A DNA stretch of 32,000 nt from Allobaculum fili (GCF_020969955.1 NZ_JAHDSX010000014.1:1-32000); one strand, 5' to 3'. Shown: positions 8,368 through 17,056, numbered from the stretch's first letter. The notes: generated from the letters alone by a model not told the origin. Program-made: numbers and translations.

Positions 8368-8393
8368 GAAAAAGAACAGGCTGCCTCAGCCTG
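8368..8393 (-). terminator. Rho-independent terminator after the Nudix gene (minus strand)
   Basis: Minus-strand reading: CAGGCTG-AGG-CAGCCTG (7-bp GC-rich stem) followed by TTCTTTTT. Confidence 0.6.
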
Positions 8394-8407
8394 CAGCGAT
8401 TGTGAGG

Positions 8408-8926
8408 TCAGCGTTTTGTCCGTTTTCTTTCCGTTAAAAGAATGCCGATGATGGTTTTGGCATCATCGATTTCCCCATTTATAACCATTTCCAGCGCTTT
8501 ATCGAAATCCATCCAGAACAGATGAATTTCCTCGTTTTCATCCGGATCCAGCCGGTTTCTGGCCGCTCTGGCGTTCTGTCCGAGATAGACGTGCAGCTTT
8601 TCGCTGTCGTAGCCGGGGGTCGGATAAAAGGAACAGAGCTTTTCCAGAGGATCGCAGACATAGCCGGTTTCTTCGTTAAGTTCGCGCATGGCCGTCTGTT
8701 CGGGTGTTTCGCCCGGATCGATCATGCCAGCGGGAATTTCGATCATGACCTCTCCGGATCCGGCGCGATGCTGCCGGACCAGAAGAATCTGGCTGTCTTT
8801 TAATGCGACAACGGCGGCACCGCCGACGTGACGGATCACATCGCGTTCGACTTCTTTTCCATTGAGGAGCATGCCGGTTTTGATCAGCGAGAAAATGGGT
8901 CCCTGATAGATCGTTTTTTCGTCCAT
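8408..8926 (-). CDS. Nudix hydrolase (ADP-ribose pyrophosphatase-like)
   Basis: Nudix box: IPAGMIDPGETPEQTAMRELNEETGY (GX5EX7REUXEEXGU). SD GAAAGG lies before the ATG at 8926. Confidence 0.9.
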   Translation of the reverse strand: MDEKTIYQGPIFSLIKTGMLLNGKEVERDVIRHVGGAAVVALKDSQILLVRQHRAGSGEVMIEIPAGMIDPGETPEQTAMRELNEETGYVCDPLEKLCSFYPTPGYDSEKLHVYLGQNARAARNRLDPDENEEIHLFWMDFDKALEMVINGEIDDAKTIIGILLTERKRTKR

Positions 8927-9191
8927 AACTGCCTTTCTATCTGCTCTTTTCCTGAAACGGACGGGCTGTCTAAACTGGGCAGCCGGTCCGTTTTGCGGGG
9001 GAATTTGTTTTGCGCAGAATTGATTTCAGGATCCGAATGCTGATTATACAGAATGCAGACCGTGCACAGAATACCGGTTTGCGTTTTCTTTTTTCTCAGC
9101 CAGGGAATTTCTGCTGTTTTTCATTTTAAGTACTTTTTGATGCGTTGTTCATCCTTTCTGATTTTCTTTTGTACATAAGGCAGATTTTCGT

Positions 9192-9242
9192 AAAAAAAGC
9201 CGCAGGGAAAGGGATTTCCAAAAATCCCGTTTTCCCTGCGGC
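9192..9242 (-). terminator. Strong rho-independent terminator after the amidase-like gene (minus strand)
   Basis: 12-bp outer stem GCCGCAGGGAAA / TTTCCCTGCGGC plus 6-bp inner stem GGGATT / AATCCC. On the minus strand it is followed by seven T (A-run 9192-9198 on the plus strand). Confidence 0.85.
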
Positions 9243-9270
9243 GTATGGTCTGAGGATGTCATTGAATAGG

Positions 9271-9996
9271 TCAGTCGACGGTATCGAGGAAGGCCTGCGT
9301 AATGGCCTGGGCGATTCGCGTCTGGAACTTGGTATCGCTCATGCGTTCATAATCCTGCGGATTGGTAATGTAGCCGACCTGAAGCAGAACGGCGTTGATG
9401 TCATCCGACTTTAAAATGGGGAAGGAATCGTAATGATCGGTATCGTGACCTTCATAGCGCGAGTAGCTGATCCGCTCCATTTCTCTGGCGATTTCTCTGG
9501 CCAGATCGTTGAGAACCGGCTTGTCGGGTCTTGTAAACAGGGAATAGCCCTGATGCAGGGAGTTGTCCTGATTGACCTGAAGTTCGAGAATGTAGTCCGC
9601 GCCGAGTTCTTTGGCTTTGTCCATGCGGGTCTGTTCGCATTCGTCCGTGCTTGAACAGGCGGGAACGTCGTCATACCAGCGGGAATATTCCACCCGGTAG
9701 CCGGCGTTTTCGAGCGCGCTGCCGATTGTCAGCGCCATCTGCATGAGCAGATCCTTTTCGCTCGTTCCGTTCTGGTTAATGTAGCCGGTATCCGTGCCTC
9801 CGCGGGCGGGATTGATGTAAATGAGCGGAGAGGACGAACTTCTTCGCGTATCGACGTCGTTGTTAGTACGCAGCGGCTGATTTTCGTCATAAACCGGAAT
9901 CTGCGTACTTTCTGGTGAAAGGGAAGCCGACAGATTTGGGTCGATGACCAGCAAAATAAACAGTGCCGCAATCAGAAAGAAAATGGCGCGTTTCAT
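9271..9996 (-). CDS. N-acetylmuramoyl-L-alanine amidase (Amidase_3/CwlD-like) domain protein, probably catalytically degenerate; N-terminal signal/anchor
   Basis: SD AAGGAGGA lies before the ATG at 9996. Hydrophobic N-terminus: MKRAIFFLIAALFILLVI. Amidase_3 layout: INPARGGTDTGY, SEKDLL, ADYILELQVNQ, AVLLQVGYITNPQD. Confidence 0.7.
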   Translation of the reverse strand: MKRAIFFLIAALFILLVIDPNLSASLSPESTQIPVYDENQPLRTNNDVDTRRSSSSPLIYINPARGGTDTGYINQNGTSEKDLLMQMALTIGSALENAGYRVEYSRWYDDVPACSSTDECEQTRMDKAKELGADYILELQVNQDNSLHQGYSLFTRPDKPVLNDLAREIAREMERISYSRYEGHDTDHYDSFPILKSDDINAVLLQVGYITNPQDYERMSDTKFQTRIAQAITQAFLDTVD

Positions 9997-10420
9997 GATC
10001 TGACTTCCTCCTTTCCTTACGCTGAATGCAAAGCGGGATCCGGCTCTGGCTCGTTCGCATTTCGCAAGATGGACCGGAATCGTATATAATCACAAAGTTA
10101 TCGTCTGCTTAAAGCCTAGTCTGCAGACGCACGGATAAAAAACATGGATTTGGCTTTTGTTAAACCGAATTTCAATCTTAACAAAGCCGCTCTGGCTCTG
10201 CCACTCTTTCTCTAAAAATCTATCACGCCTGCAAGCCGAATCAAGTCTGCATGCCAGACGATACCGAGGATTTCCAAAAGGAAAGGGCAGATCCGCAAGC
10301 GCCGTACGTTTTAGATAAGAAACGCTTCGTATTTCGTTTCATTCTCGTTTCTTATTCGTCTCTTATTTAAAGGAAATAGGCTGTTCTGGCCTGCAGATAT
10401 ACTGGAAAGGAGCAAAGCGC

Positions 10421-11224
10421 ATGGAATTTAAAGTCTGTCTCGATCAGTTTGAAGGACCGCTCGATCTGATGCTGCATCTGGTCCGCTCGTCTCAGCTCGA
10501 TCTGTTTGAGCTAAATCTCGATGTGCTCGCCAGCCAGTACTGCGCCTACATTCACGAAGCGCTCAAGCAGGCGCTCGATGTCAGCAGCGAATATCTTGTC
10601 GAATTCAGCAGCCTTCTCGAATACAAGTCGAAAAAGCTGCTTCCCAAACCGTGTATCGAAGACGATCCGGAAAGTACGTACGAAGAAGATCCCGCCGAGC
10701 AGCTGGCCAGACGTCTGCGCGAATACGAAAAGTGCAAGGCGGAAGCCGAAGTTCTCGCAAGACTGTACGAAAAGCGGGAAAAGCGGCTGAGCCGGGAACC
10801 CTCCAGTCAGATCGACGAATGGGCGAGCATGGTCAGCGACGAAACGCCGCTTACGATTGCACCCAACGCACTCGCTTCGGCGTTTCTTCGCGTGCTGCGC
10901 CGTCATCAGCTGCTTCAGCCCTACCAGACGAAAGTCGAAGTCAAGGAGCTGAGCGTAGAAGAGCGCATGGCGCAGATTCTCAATATGGAAATTTTTACGC
11001 CCACGCCCTTCCGATTTGAGCAGCTGCTCGACAAAGTGACGACGCTTCATGAAGCGATCGTGACGTTTCTTGCGGTTCTCGAACTCGTGCACGAAGGCAG
11101 CGCGGCGGTCTTTCTGCAGGAAAAAGACGAAATCGAAGGCGATGCGAATACTTCCGAAGGAGAACGAGCGGACGGCTCTGGAAAGGACGAAATATGGATT
11201 CAGCAGGTACCAACGAATCATTAA
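10421..11224 (+). CDS. scpA: Segregation and condensation protein A
   Basis: SD GAAAGGAG. FEGPLDLMLHLVRSSQLDLFELNLDVLASQY is the ScpA signature N-terminus. Followed by scpB. Confidence 0.95.
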   Translation: MEFKVCLDQFEGPLDLMLHLVRSSQLDLFELNLDVLASQYCAYIHEALKQALDVSSEYLVEFSSLLEYKSKKLLPKPCIEDDPESTYEEDPAEQLARRLREYEKCKAEAEVLARLYEKREKRLSREPSSQIDEWASMVSDETPLTIAPNALASAFLRVLRRHQLLQPYQTKVEVKELSVEERMAQILNMEIFTPTPFRFEQLLDKVTTLHEAIVTFLAVLELVHEGSAAVFLQEKDEIEGDANTSEGERADGSGKDEIWIQQVPTNH

Positions 11225-11943
11225 AAGCGCTTCTGGAAGGGCTGATTTTTGTCAGCGGCGAAGAAGGCCTGACCCTTCTGCAGATTCAGTCGGTTCTCGA
11301 CTGGTGCCAGCGTTCTACGCTTTTAGAAACGCTGGAAGAAATGCAGGCGGATACAAAAAAGGAAGCGCGCGGCGTGGAACTCGTCCGCTATGGCGGCAGC
11401 TGGAAATACGTCGCCAAGGAATCCGTCTATCCCCTCGCGCAGAAGCTCTATTCGAAAATTCAGAGCGCGTCGCTGACGCCGTCTGCCATGGAAGTTCTCT
11501 CGCTGGTCGCGTACCGGCAGCCGATTACCCGGGTGGAAATCGATGAAATCCGCGGCGTCTCCAGTGACGCTACGCTCAAAAAGCTCCAGGCGCGCGGGCT
11601 GATTGAAACGTGCGGCCATCTCGACACGATCGGGCGCCCGCTGCTCTATCAGGTCAGCGAATCATTTTTCGATACCCTGGGCATTTCCGCCCTTTCCGAT
11701 CTGCCGGCGGTGGAAGTTGAACAGAAGGAAAGCTCTCTTTTTGAACGTGAAGAGGCACTTACAGTGGAAGATAAAGAAAAACAGCCGGAATCGGCGAACA
11801 CTCCGCAGGCGTCAGACTCTTCAGAAGCCGCAGAAGAATCCGCTTCAAAGGCAGACCAGACGCCCGAGAGGCCGCAACAGGGTATTGTAGAAACAGACCA
11901 GACGAAAGAGACTTCGTCTGATCCAGTTTTCGAATCCAAATAA
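11194..11943 (+). CDS. scpB: Segregation and condensation protein B, with an acidic low-complexity C-terminal tail
   Basis: LKALLEGLIFVSGEEGLTL and VAYRQPITRVEIDEIRGV..LKKLQARGLI are ScpB winged-helix motifs. Overlaps scpA by 31 nt. Confidence 0.93.
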   Translation: MDSAGTNESLKALLEGLIFVSGEEGLTLLQIQSVLDWCQRSTLLETLEEMQADTKKEARGVELVRYGGSWKYVAKESVYPLAQKLYSKIQSASLTPSAMEVLSLVAYRQPITRVEIDEIRGVSSDATLKKLQARGLIETCGHLDTIGRPLLYQVSESFFDTLGISALSDLPAVEVEQKESSLFEREEALTVEDKEKQPESANTPQASDSSEAAEESASKADQTPERPQQGIVETDQTKETSSDPVFESK

Positions 11944-11945
11944 AA

Positions 11946-11967
11946 AAACCGGTGGATGCATCGGTTT
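11946..11967 (+). terminator. Hairpin after scpB (weak terminator candidate)
   Basis: AAACCG (11946-11951) / CGGTTT (11962-11967), flanked by an A-run and by TTTGTCT. Confidence 0.4.
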
Positions 11968-11982
11968 GTCTAAATCTTAGCC

Positions 11983-12010
11983 GGACGCATCGAGATCCGA
12001 TGCGCCGTTT
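11983..12010 (+). terminator. Second hairpin after scpB (terminator candidate)
   Basis: GG(A)CGCATCG / CGATGCGCC, a 9-bp stem with one bulge, followed by GTTTGG. Confidence 0.45.
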
Positions 12011-12044
12011 GGCTTCATAAAAAACAGGAAGGCAAGATAATCAT

Positions 12045-12782
12045 ATGGAAGAACGTCTTCAGAAACTCATTGCCCAGTCCGGCATCTGCTCGCGCCGTAA
12101 AGCGGAAGAGCTGATTCTGGCGGGAAAAGTAAAAGTCAATGGAAAAGTCGTCACGACTTTAGGCACGAAAGCCAGCAGTTCGGACCGGATTACGGTCAAT
12201 GGCAAGGCCATTTCCAAAGACGAAAAAGTTTACTATGTCCTCAATAAGCCGAAAGGCTGCATCACGTCCATGAAAGACGAAAAGGACCGCCCGACGGTGA
12301 TGGACTATGTTCCCTCCGATGTGCGCGTCTTTCCGATCGGCCGTCTGGACTACGATACAAGCGGCGTACTGCTGCTGACTAACGACGGCGATTTTGCCAA
12401 CAAGATGATGCACCCGCGCTACCATCTGCCCAAAACATACGAAATCAACTTGCAGGGCATGCTCAGCGAGGACGATGTCCGCAAACTGCGTAAAGGGTTC
12501 AGCTACAATGGCGAAACGTTTGCGCCGGCCAAAGTCTTCATTAAAAACAAGGACGTCACCCGCGATCGCATGCTCGTGGATCTGACGATTTATGAAGGCA
12601 AAAACCACCAGGTCAAAAAGATGATGGAAGCGCTCGGTCATGAAGTGCGCCGTCTGAACCGTTCGGCGTTCGGCTTTGTCCGTGTTGATGACATGCGTCC
12701 AGGCGAATGCCGTCGTCTGAAACGCTACGATGTGCGCAAGCTCGAAGCCATGAGCGAGCAGGGCGGAAACAGTTCAAAATGA
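12045..12782 (+). CDS. rluB: 23S rRNA pseudouridine synthase, RsuA/RluB family
   Basis: S4 domain: RLQKLIAQSGICSRRKAEELILAGKVKVNG. Catalytic motif: GRLDYDTSGVLLLTNDG. Confidence 0.92.
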   Translation: MEERLQKLIAQSGICSRRKAEELILAGKVKVNGKVVTTLGTKASSSDRITVNGKAISKDEKVYYVLNKPKGCITSMKDEKDRPTVMDYVPSDVRVFPIGRLDYDTSGVLLLTNDGDFANKMMHPRYHLPKTYEINLQGMLSEDDVRKLRKGFSYNGETFAPAKVFIKNKDVTRDRMLVDLTIYEGKNHQVKKMMEALGHEVRRLNRSAFGFVRVDDMRPGECRRLKRYDVRKLEAMSEQGGNSSK

Positions 12783-13522
12783 AACAGATTTTTTATCCGC
12801 TCCCTTTAAATGCGGGAGACCTGGTCGAACTCGATGAAGCGACGGCCCATCATCTCTTTGATGTGCTGCGCACCGAGTCCAAAGAAGACGTCCGCCTCAT
12901 TAGCGGACAGGAAGTGTATCTGGCCCATACCGAGCAGAAGCCGTATTTGCGCATTGAAAAAAAGCTCGAAAGCGCGGGCCAAAGCCAGGCAGCCGAACTG
13001 ACGCTTTGCGCGGCGCTGATTAAGGCCGACAAGTTTGAATGGATGCTGCAGAAAGCAGCGGAACTTGGCGTAAGCCGCATCGTACCGTTTACGTGCGCCC
13101 GCTCGATTGTTCAGATCGATCCGAAAAAGGAAGCCAAGAAGCAGGCCAGATGGAATGCCATTCTTGAACAGGCCTGCCGCCAGTCCAACCGGACGAGCCT
13201 TGTGCATCTTGAACCCGTCTGCTCGATCAATCAGCTCGAAGCCTATAAAGGCGAGGTCAATGTCTGCGCCTATGAAAAAGAAGACGAACATCATGTGCTG
13301 TACGATGTCCTGAAAAATCCGTTTTCTTCGGCCTGCTTTGTGATCGGGCCGGAAGGCGGGTTTGCGCCAGGCGAAGCGGAACGCCTTGAAGAAAAAGGCT
13401 TTGCGCTCTGTTCGTTAGGTACCGGTATTTTACGCGCGGAAACCGCCGCGTGCTTCGTGCTTTCGGCTGCGCAGTATCAGCTGCAGGCCAATGCCGCCAA
13501 AGACGGTTCGTCTGCCCTTTAA
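12779..13522 (+). CDS. rsmE: 16S rRNA (uracil1498-N3)-methyltransferase
   Basis: ORF trimmed to ATG 12779 (ATGA overlap with the rluB stop). RsmE motifs: KFEWMLQKAAELGV, VIGPEGGFAPGE, LGTGILRAETA. Confidence 0.92.
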   Translation: MKQIFYPLPLNAGDLVELDEATAHHLFDVLRTESKEDVRLISGQEVYLAHTEQKPYLRIEKKLESAGQSQAAELTLCAALIKADKFEWMLQKAAELGVSRIVPFTCARSIVQIDPKKEAKKQARWNAILEQACRQSNRTSLVHLEPVCSINQLEAYKGEVNVCAYEKEDEHHVLYDVLKNPFSSACFVIGPEGGFAPGEAERLEEKGFALCSLGTGILRAETAACFVLSAAQYQLQANAAKDGSSAL

Positions 13523-13554
13523 GACGATTTTCCATCGGCTAATTCAGAATCAGA

Positions 13555-13581
13555 CAGGCGCCTTCCGGCGCTTGTTTTCTT
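13555..13581 (+). terminator. Rho-independent terminator between rsmE and mtaB
   Basis: CAGGCGCC-TTCC-GGCGCTTG (8 bp with one G-U), followed by TTTTCTT. Ends 29 nt before the mtaB ATG. Confidence 0.7.
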
Positions 13582-13610
13582 GCGGCCGCTGAAAGGAGAA
13601 ACCCCTTTTC

Positions 13611-14975
13611 ATGAATAAAACGTTTGAAATTGAAACCCTTGGATGCAAGGTCAATGAATATGAATCCGCCTATTATGCCGAACAGCTCGAAAAGGCCGGC
13701 TTTCGCAAAGTACAGCCCGGCGAAACGGCGGATGTGCTCGTCATCAATACGTGCACGGTAACCAATACAGCTGCCGCCAAATCCCGGCGCAAAATTCACC
13801 GGGTAAAGCGGGAAAATCCGCAGGCGGTTACCGCGGCGGTCGGCTGCTACGTACAGGTCAGCTCAAAAGAAGAGCGCGAAGAACTCGGCGTTGACGTTCT
13901 GATCGGCGCTGCCCATAAAGATCAGCTGGCCCAGATTCTTCTGGAAACCATGCGCCAAAAGGAAGAACAGGCGAATGAAAATTATTCTGCAGGACCAGAT
14001 GCAGAGACGGCCTTCTCCTCCAGGGATGGCGTGGAGGATCTTGTGGAATCCTCACGCGATCTGACGCGCTTTGAATCGATGCCGATCGGTCATTTTGAAG
14101 GCCAGCACCGCGCCTTCCTCAAAATTCAGGACGGCTGCAACCAGTACTGCGCCTATTGTCAGATTCCATTAGCGCGCGGACCGGAACGCAGCCAGATTCC
14201 CGAGGAAGTCGTTAAGAGCGCCGTTTCCCTGGCAAAAAGTGGCCATAAGGAAATCGTACTGACCGGTATTCATACCGGCCGCTATCGCTTCCGCCAGACG
14301 GATCTCAGCCAGCTTTTAAAGCGGCTTCTGGAAAATACACCGGAAGACGTTTGCTATCGCATTTCCAGCATTGAAATTACCGAAGTCAGCGACGCGCTTC
14401 TCGATCTGATGGCTGAAAATCCGCGCATTCTGCCGCACCTTCATATTCCAATTCAGGCCGGCGATAACCGGACCCTCGCACGTATGAAACGTCCGTATAC
14501 GGTCGAAGATTTTGAAAAGCGTCTCGAAGAAATCCGCGCGCGCATTCCGCACATTTCGATTTCCACCGATGTGATCTGTGGATTTGTGCAGGAAAGCGAT
14601 GACGAATTTGCGACAACCGTAAAAACGCTCGAAGACTGCCGCTTTTCCTTTCTGCATGTGTTCCCGTATTCGAGACGCAAGGGAACCGCGGCGGATGCGA
14701 TGACCGGCTTTATTCGCGGCGATATCGCCAAAGCCCGCACCGATCAGCTGCTCGAGCTGTCCGCAAGGCTGCGCGAAAAGGATATGGACCGCTTTGACGA
14801 GGCACAGGTTTTAGTCGAACGTGCGGACGCGAACGATCCAAACCGGTATCTTGGGTATACATCCCAGTACCATCCGATCCAGATTCTCAGCGAAACGCCG
14901 CTGAATGGCCGCGTAAATGTTAAAATGACGGAAATCCAGGACGGCCATTACCTCGCCGTTTTAAAAGAAGAGTAG
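13611..14975 (+). CDS. mtaB: tRNA (t6A37) methylthiotransferase, radical SAM MTTase
   Basis: FEIETLGCKVNEYES N-terminal MTTase domain, radical SAM CNQYCAYCQIP, C-terminal TRAM-like region. Confidence 0.92.
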   Translation: MNKTFEIETLGCKVNEYESAYYAEQLEKAGFRKVQPGETADVLVINTCTVTNTAAAKSRRKIHRVKRENPQAVTAAVGCYVQVSSKEEREELGVDVLIGAAHKDQLAQILLETMRQKEEQANENYSAGPDAETAFSSRDGVEDLVESSRDLTRFESMPIGHFEGQHRAFLKIQDGCNQYCAYCQIPLARGPERSQIPEEVVKSAVSLAKSGHKEIVLTGIHTGRYRFRQTDLSQLLKRLLENTPEDVCYRISSIEITEVSDALLDLMAENPRILPHLHIPIQAGDNRTLARMKRPYTVEDFEKRLEEIRARIPHISISTDVICGFVQESDDEFATTVKTLEDCRFSFLHVFPYSRRKGTAADAMTGFIRGDIAKARTDQLLELSARLREKDMDRFDEAQVLVERADANDPNRYLGYTSQYHPIQILSETPLNGRVNVKMTEIQDGHYLAVLKEE

Positions 14976-14996
14976 AAGAAGAGTAGAAAGGGATTT

Positions 14997-16463
14997 ATGA
15001 GACTTTCAAAAATGTTCAAGGATACCCCGACCATCAACATCGAAGGGCTGTCCTTCGATACGCGAACGATTAAAAAAGGCGATATGTACTTCTGCCTGCC
15101 CGGTCTGTCGAGCGACGGTCACGACTATATCGATCAGGCGATTGAAAAAGGCGCCATCGCGATTGTGCATTCCAAGCCGGTTGTACCGTCGGCTGCCGGC
15201 GTAGTCTATATCCGTGTAGACGATACGCTCGACGCGATGAATCAGGCGGCGCGGATTTTCTACAACCGTCCAAGCGACGATCTGCGCATGTACGGCGTGA
15301 CGGGAACGAACGGAAAGAGTACCGTCACCAACATTATTCGCCACCTCAGCCAGCCGCAGACCCCCTGCGGCTATATCGGAACCATTGCGATTTCCTATGG
15401 CGACAAGACGCTCGTGCCGGAACTGACGACGCCGGACGCGATCACGCTGCAGCGTCTGCTTCGCGATATGGTCGACGCGGGCATGAAAGCCTGCGCCATG
15501 GAAGTTTCTTCGCACGGCCTGGCGCAGAAGCGCGTGAAAGGCATCGATTTCGATGTGGCAGTCTTTACCAACTTCACCTACGATCATCTCGACTTCCACG
15601 GAACGATGGAACGCTATTTTGAAGCCAAATCCCTGCTGTTTTCCAGGCGTGTAAAAAGCGAAGGCGTCTCCATTCTCAACGCGGACGATCCGAAATGCGC
15701 GGATCTGGCTGCGCTCAGTGCGGCTCGCGTAAAAACGTACGGCATCAATTCACCGGCCGACTACCGCGCGATCAACGTCGTGCTCACGAGCACATCGACG
15801 TCCTTTGATCTCGTGTACGGCTCCAAAACGTATCCGGTCGTTTCCAACCTCGTCGGCGATTTCAACGTAGCCAACCTTCTGGCAGCCATTGCGGCGGTGC
15901 ACGAAAGCAGCGATCCGCAGTCCCTCGAAGAAATTCTGACGAAAACCGCGAACATTCCGCAGATCGCCGGACGCATGGAGCAAATCAAGGAAGGTCAGAA
16001 CTTCAATGTGATCGTCGACTTCGCGCATACGCCGGACGGTCTGGAAAAGATGTTCCAGTTTGGCCGTTCCATTACCAAGCCGGGCGGATCGCTGATCGCC
16101 GTCTTCGGATCGGCGGGCAAGCGCGACAAGCCCAAACGCAAAGTGTTCGGCGAACTGGCCGATCAGTTCTGCAGCATGGTCTATCTGACCGAAGACGACC
16201 CGCGCGATGAAGATCCAAAAAAAATTGCGGACCAGATTCGCGAAGGCATGAAAAACGTACCGAACGTTTTTGTTTCTGACCGCTATGAAGCCATTCGGCA
16301 GGCGATCGAAGCCGCCAATGAAGGCGATACGGTTCTCATTCTTGGAAAAGGGGATGAACCCTTCATGTACTATGAAAACGGACGCGGCCCATGGGTGGGC
16401 GACAATAACGCCGCCAGAGAGTGCCTCAAGCGTCTTCAGGGTGAAACCGTCGACGAAGACTAG
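14997..16463 (+). CDS. murE: UDP-N-acetylmuramoyl-L-alanyl-D-glutamate--diamino acid ligase
   Basis: SD AAAGGGA. P-loop GVTGTNGKST. Mur ligase central and C-terminal domains. Specificity motif reads DDPR (16194-16205). Confidence 0.93.
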   Translation: MRLSKMFKDTPTINIEGLSFDTRTIKKGDMYFCLPGLSSDGHDYIDQAIEKGAIAIVHSKPVVPSAAGVVYIRVDDTLDAMNQAARIFYNRPSDDLRMYGVTGTNGKSTVTNIIRHLSQPQTPCGYIGTIAISYGDKTLVPELTTPDAITLQRLLRDMVDAGMKACAMEVSSHGLAQKRVKGIDFDVAVFTNFTYDHLDFHGTMERYFEAKSLLFSRRVKSEGVSILNADDPKCADLAALSAARVKTYGINSPADYRAINVVLTSTSTSFDLVYGSKTYPVVSNLVGDFNVANLLAAIAAVHESSDPQSLEEILTKTANIPQIAGRMEQIKEGQNFNVIVDFAHTPDGLEKMFQFGRSITKPGGSLIAVFGSAGKRDKPKRKVFGELADQFCSMVYLTEDDPRDEDPKKIADQIREGMKNVPNVFVSDRYEAIRQAIEAANEGDTVLILGKGDEPFMYYENGRGPWVGDNNAARECLKRLQGETVDED

Positions 16464-16505
16464 CACTCTTTTCCGCATCAAAACCGAGAATTCAATCCAC
16501 CATAC

Positions 16506-16541
16506 AGAGGATGACGAAAAATCGTGATCCTCTTTGTTTTT
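16506..16541 (+). terminator. Rho-independent terminator after murE
   Basis: AGAGGATGACGA / TCGTGATCCTCT (12-bp stem, one mismatch), A-rich loop, then TTGTTTTT. Confidence 0.8.
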
Positions 16542-16604
16542 GCCAATCCTGCCATTCGGTCATTCTTCTGGCGAAATCGTGAAATCCTTTCTACTATGTT
16601 TAAA

Positions 16605-16643
16605 CAGCGCGGACCCAGGCAGGCGGGAACGCGCTGATTTTTT
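16605..16643 (+). terminator. Second, tandem terminator-like hairpin
   Basis: CAGCGCG (16605-16611) / CGCGCTG (16630-16636) with a GC-rich inner region, followed by ATTTTTT. Confidence 0.5.
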
Positions 16644-16808
16644 ATGTTTCGATATCGGATAGCGTTAGAATCCGCATAGACGATCCGGATTTTGGCAGTC
16701 CGCCTGGATCCGGAATACACGCGGCGACTAGGCAAAACTCCATGAGAAAACCTGGAGAGGCGGCGCCTCGGCCGCAGCGGAAATTTTCACATTTTTGAAC
16801 GTTATCAG

Positions 16809-16836
16809 TTGAAATCTTTTCGTAGTCACCTATAAT
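16809..16836 (+). promoter_or_regulatory. SigA-type promoter for rpsU
   Basis: TTGAAA (16809-16814), 16-nt spacer, TATAAT (16831-16836), 33 nt upstream of the rpsU ATG. Confidence 0.7.
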
Positions 16837-16868
16837 AGTGAATGTGATTCAGGAAGGGGGGTTGTAGT

Positions 16869-17048
16869 ATGCCAAAAGTAGTTGTTAAAGAAAACGAACA
16901 GCTGGATGACGCACTTCGTCGTTTCAAACGTCAGGTCTCCCGCAACGGTACCCTTGCTGAGGCCCGTAAAAGAGAATTCTATGTTAAACCGGGCGTTAAG
17001 AAGAAACTGAAATCCGAAGCTGCACGCAAGGTTCGCCGCGGCAAGTAA
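16869..17048 (+). CDS. rpsU: 30S ribosomal protein S21
   Basis: Not in the ORF track (59 aa). My translation: [71 protein letters not shown] lies upstream. Confidence 0.95.
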   Translation: MPKVVVKENEQLDDALRRFKRQVSRNGTLAEARKREFYVKPGVKKKLKSEAARKVRRGK

Positions 17049-17056
17049 TGCCAAAC

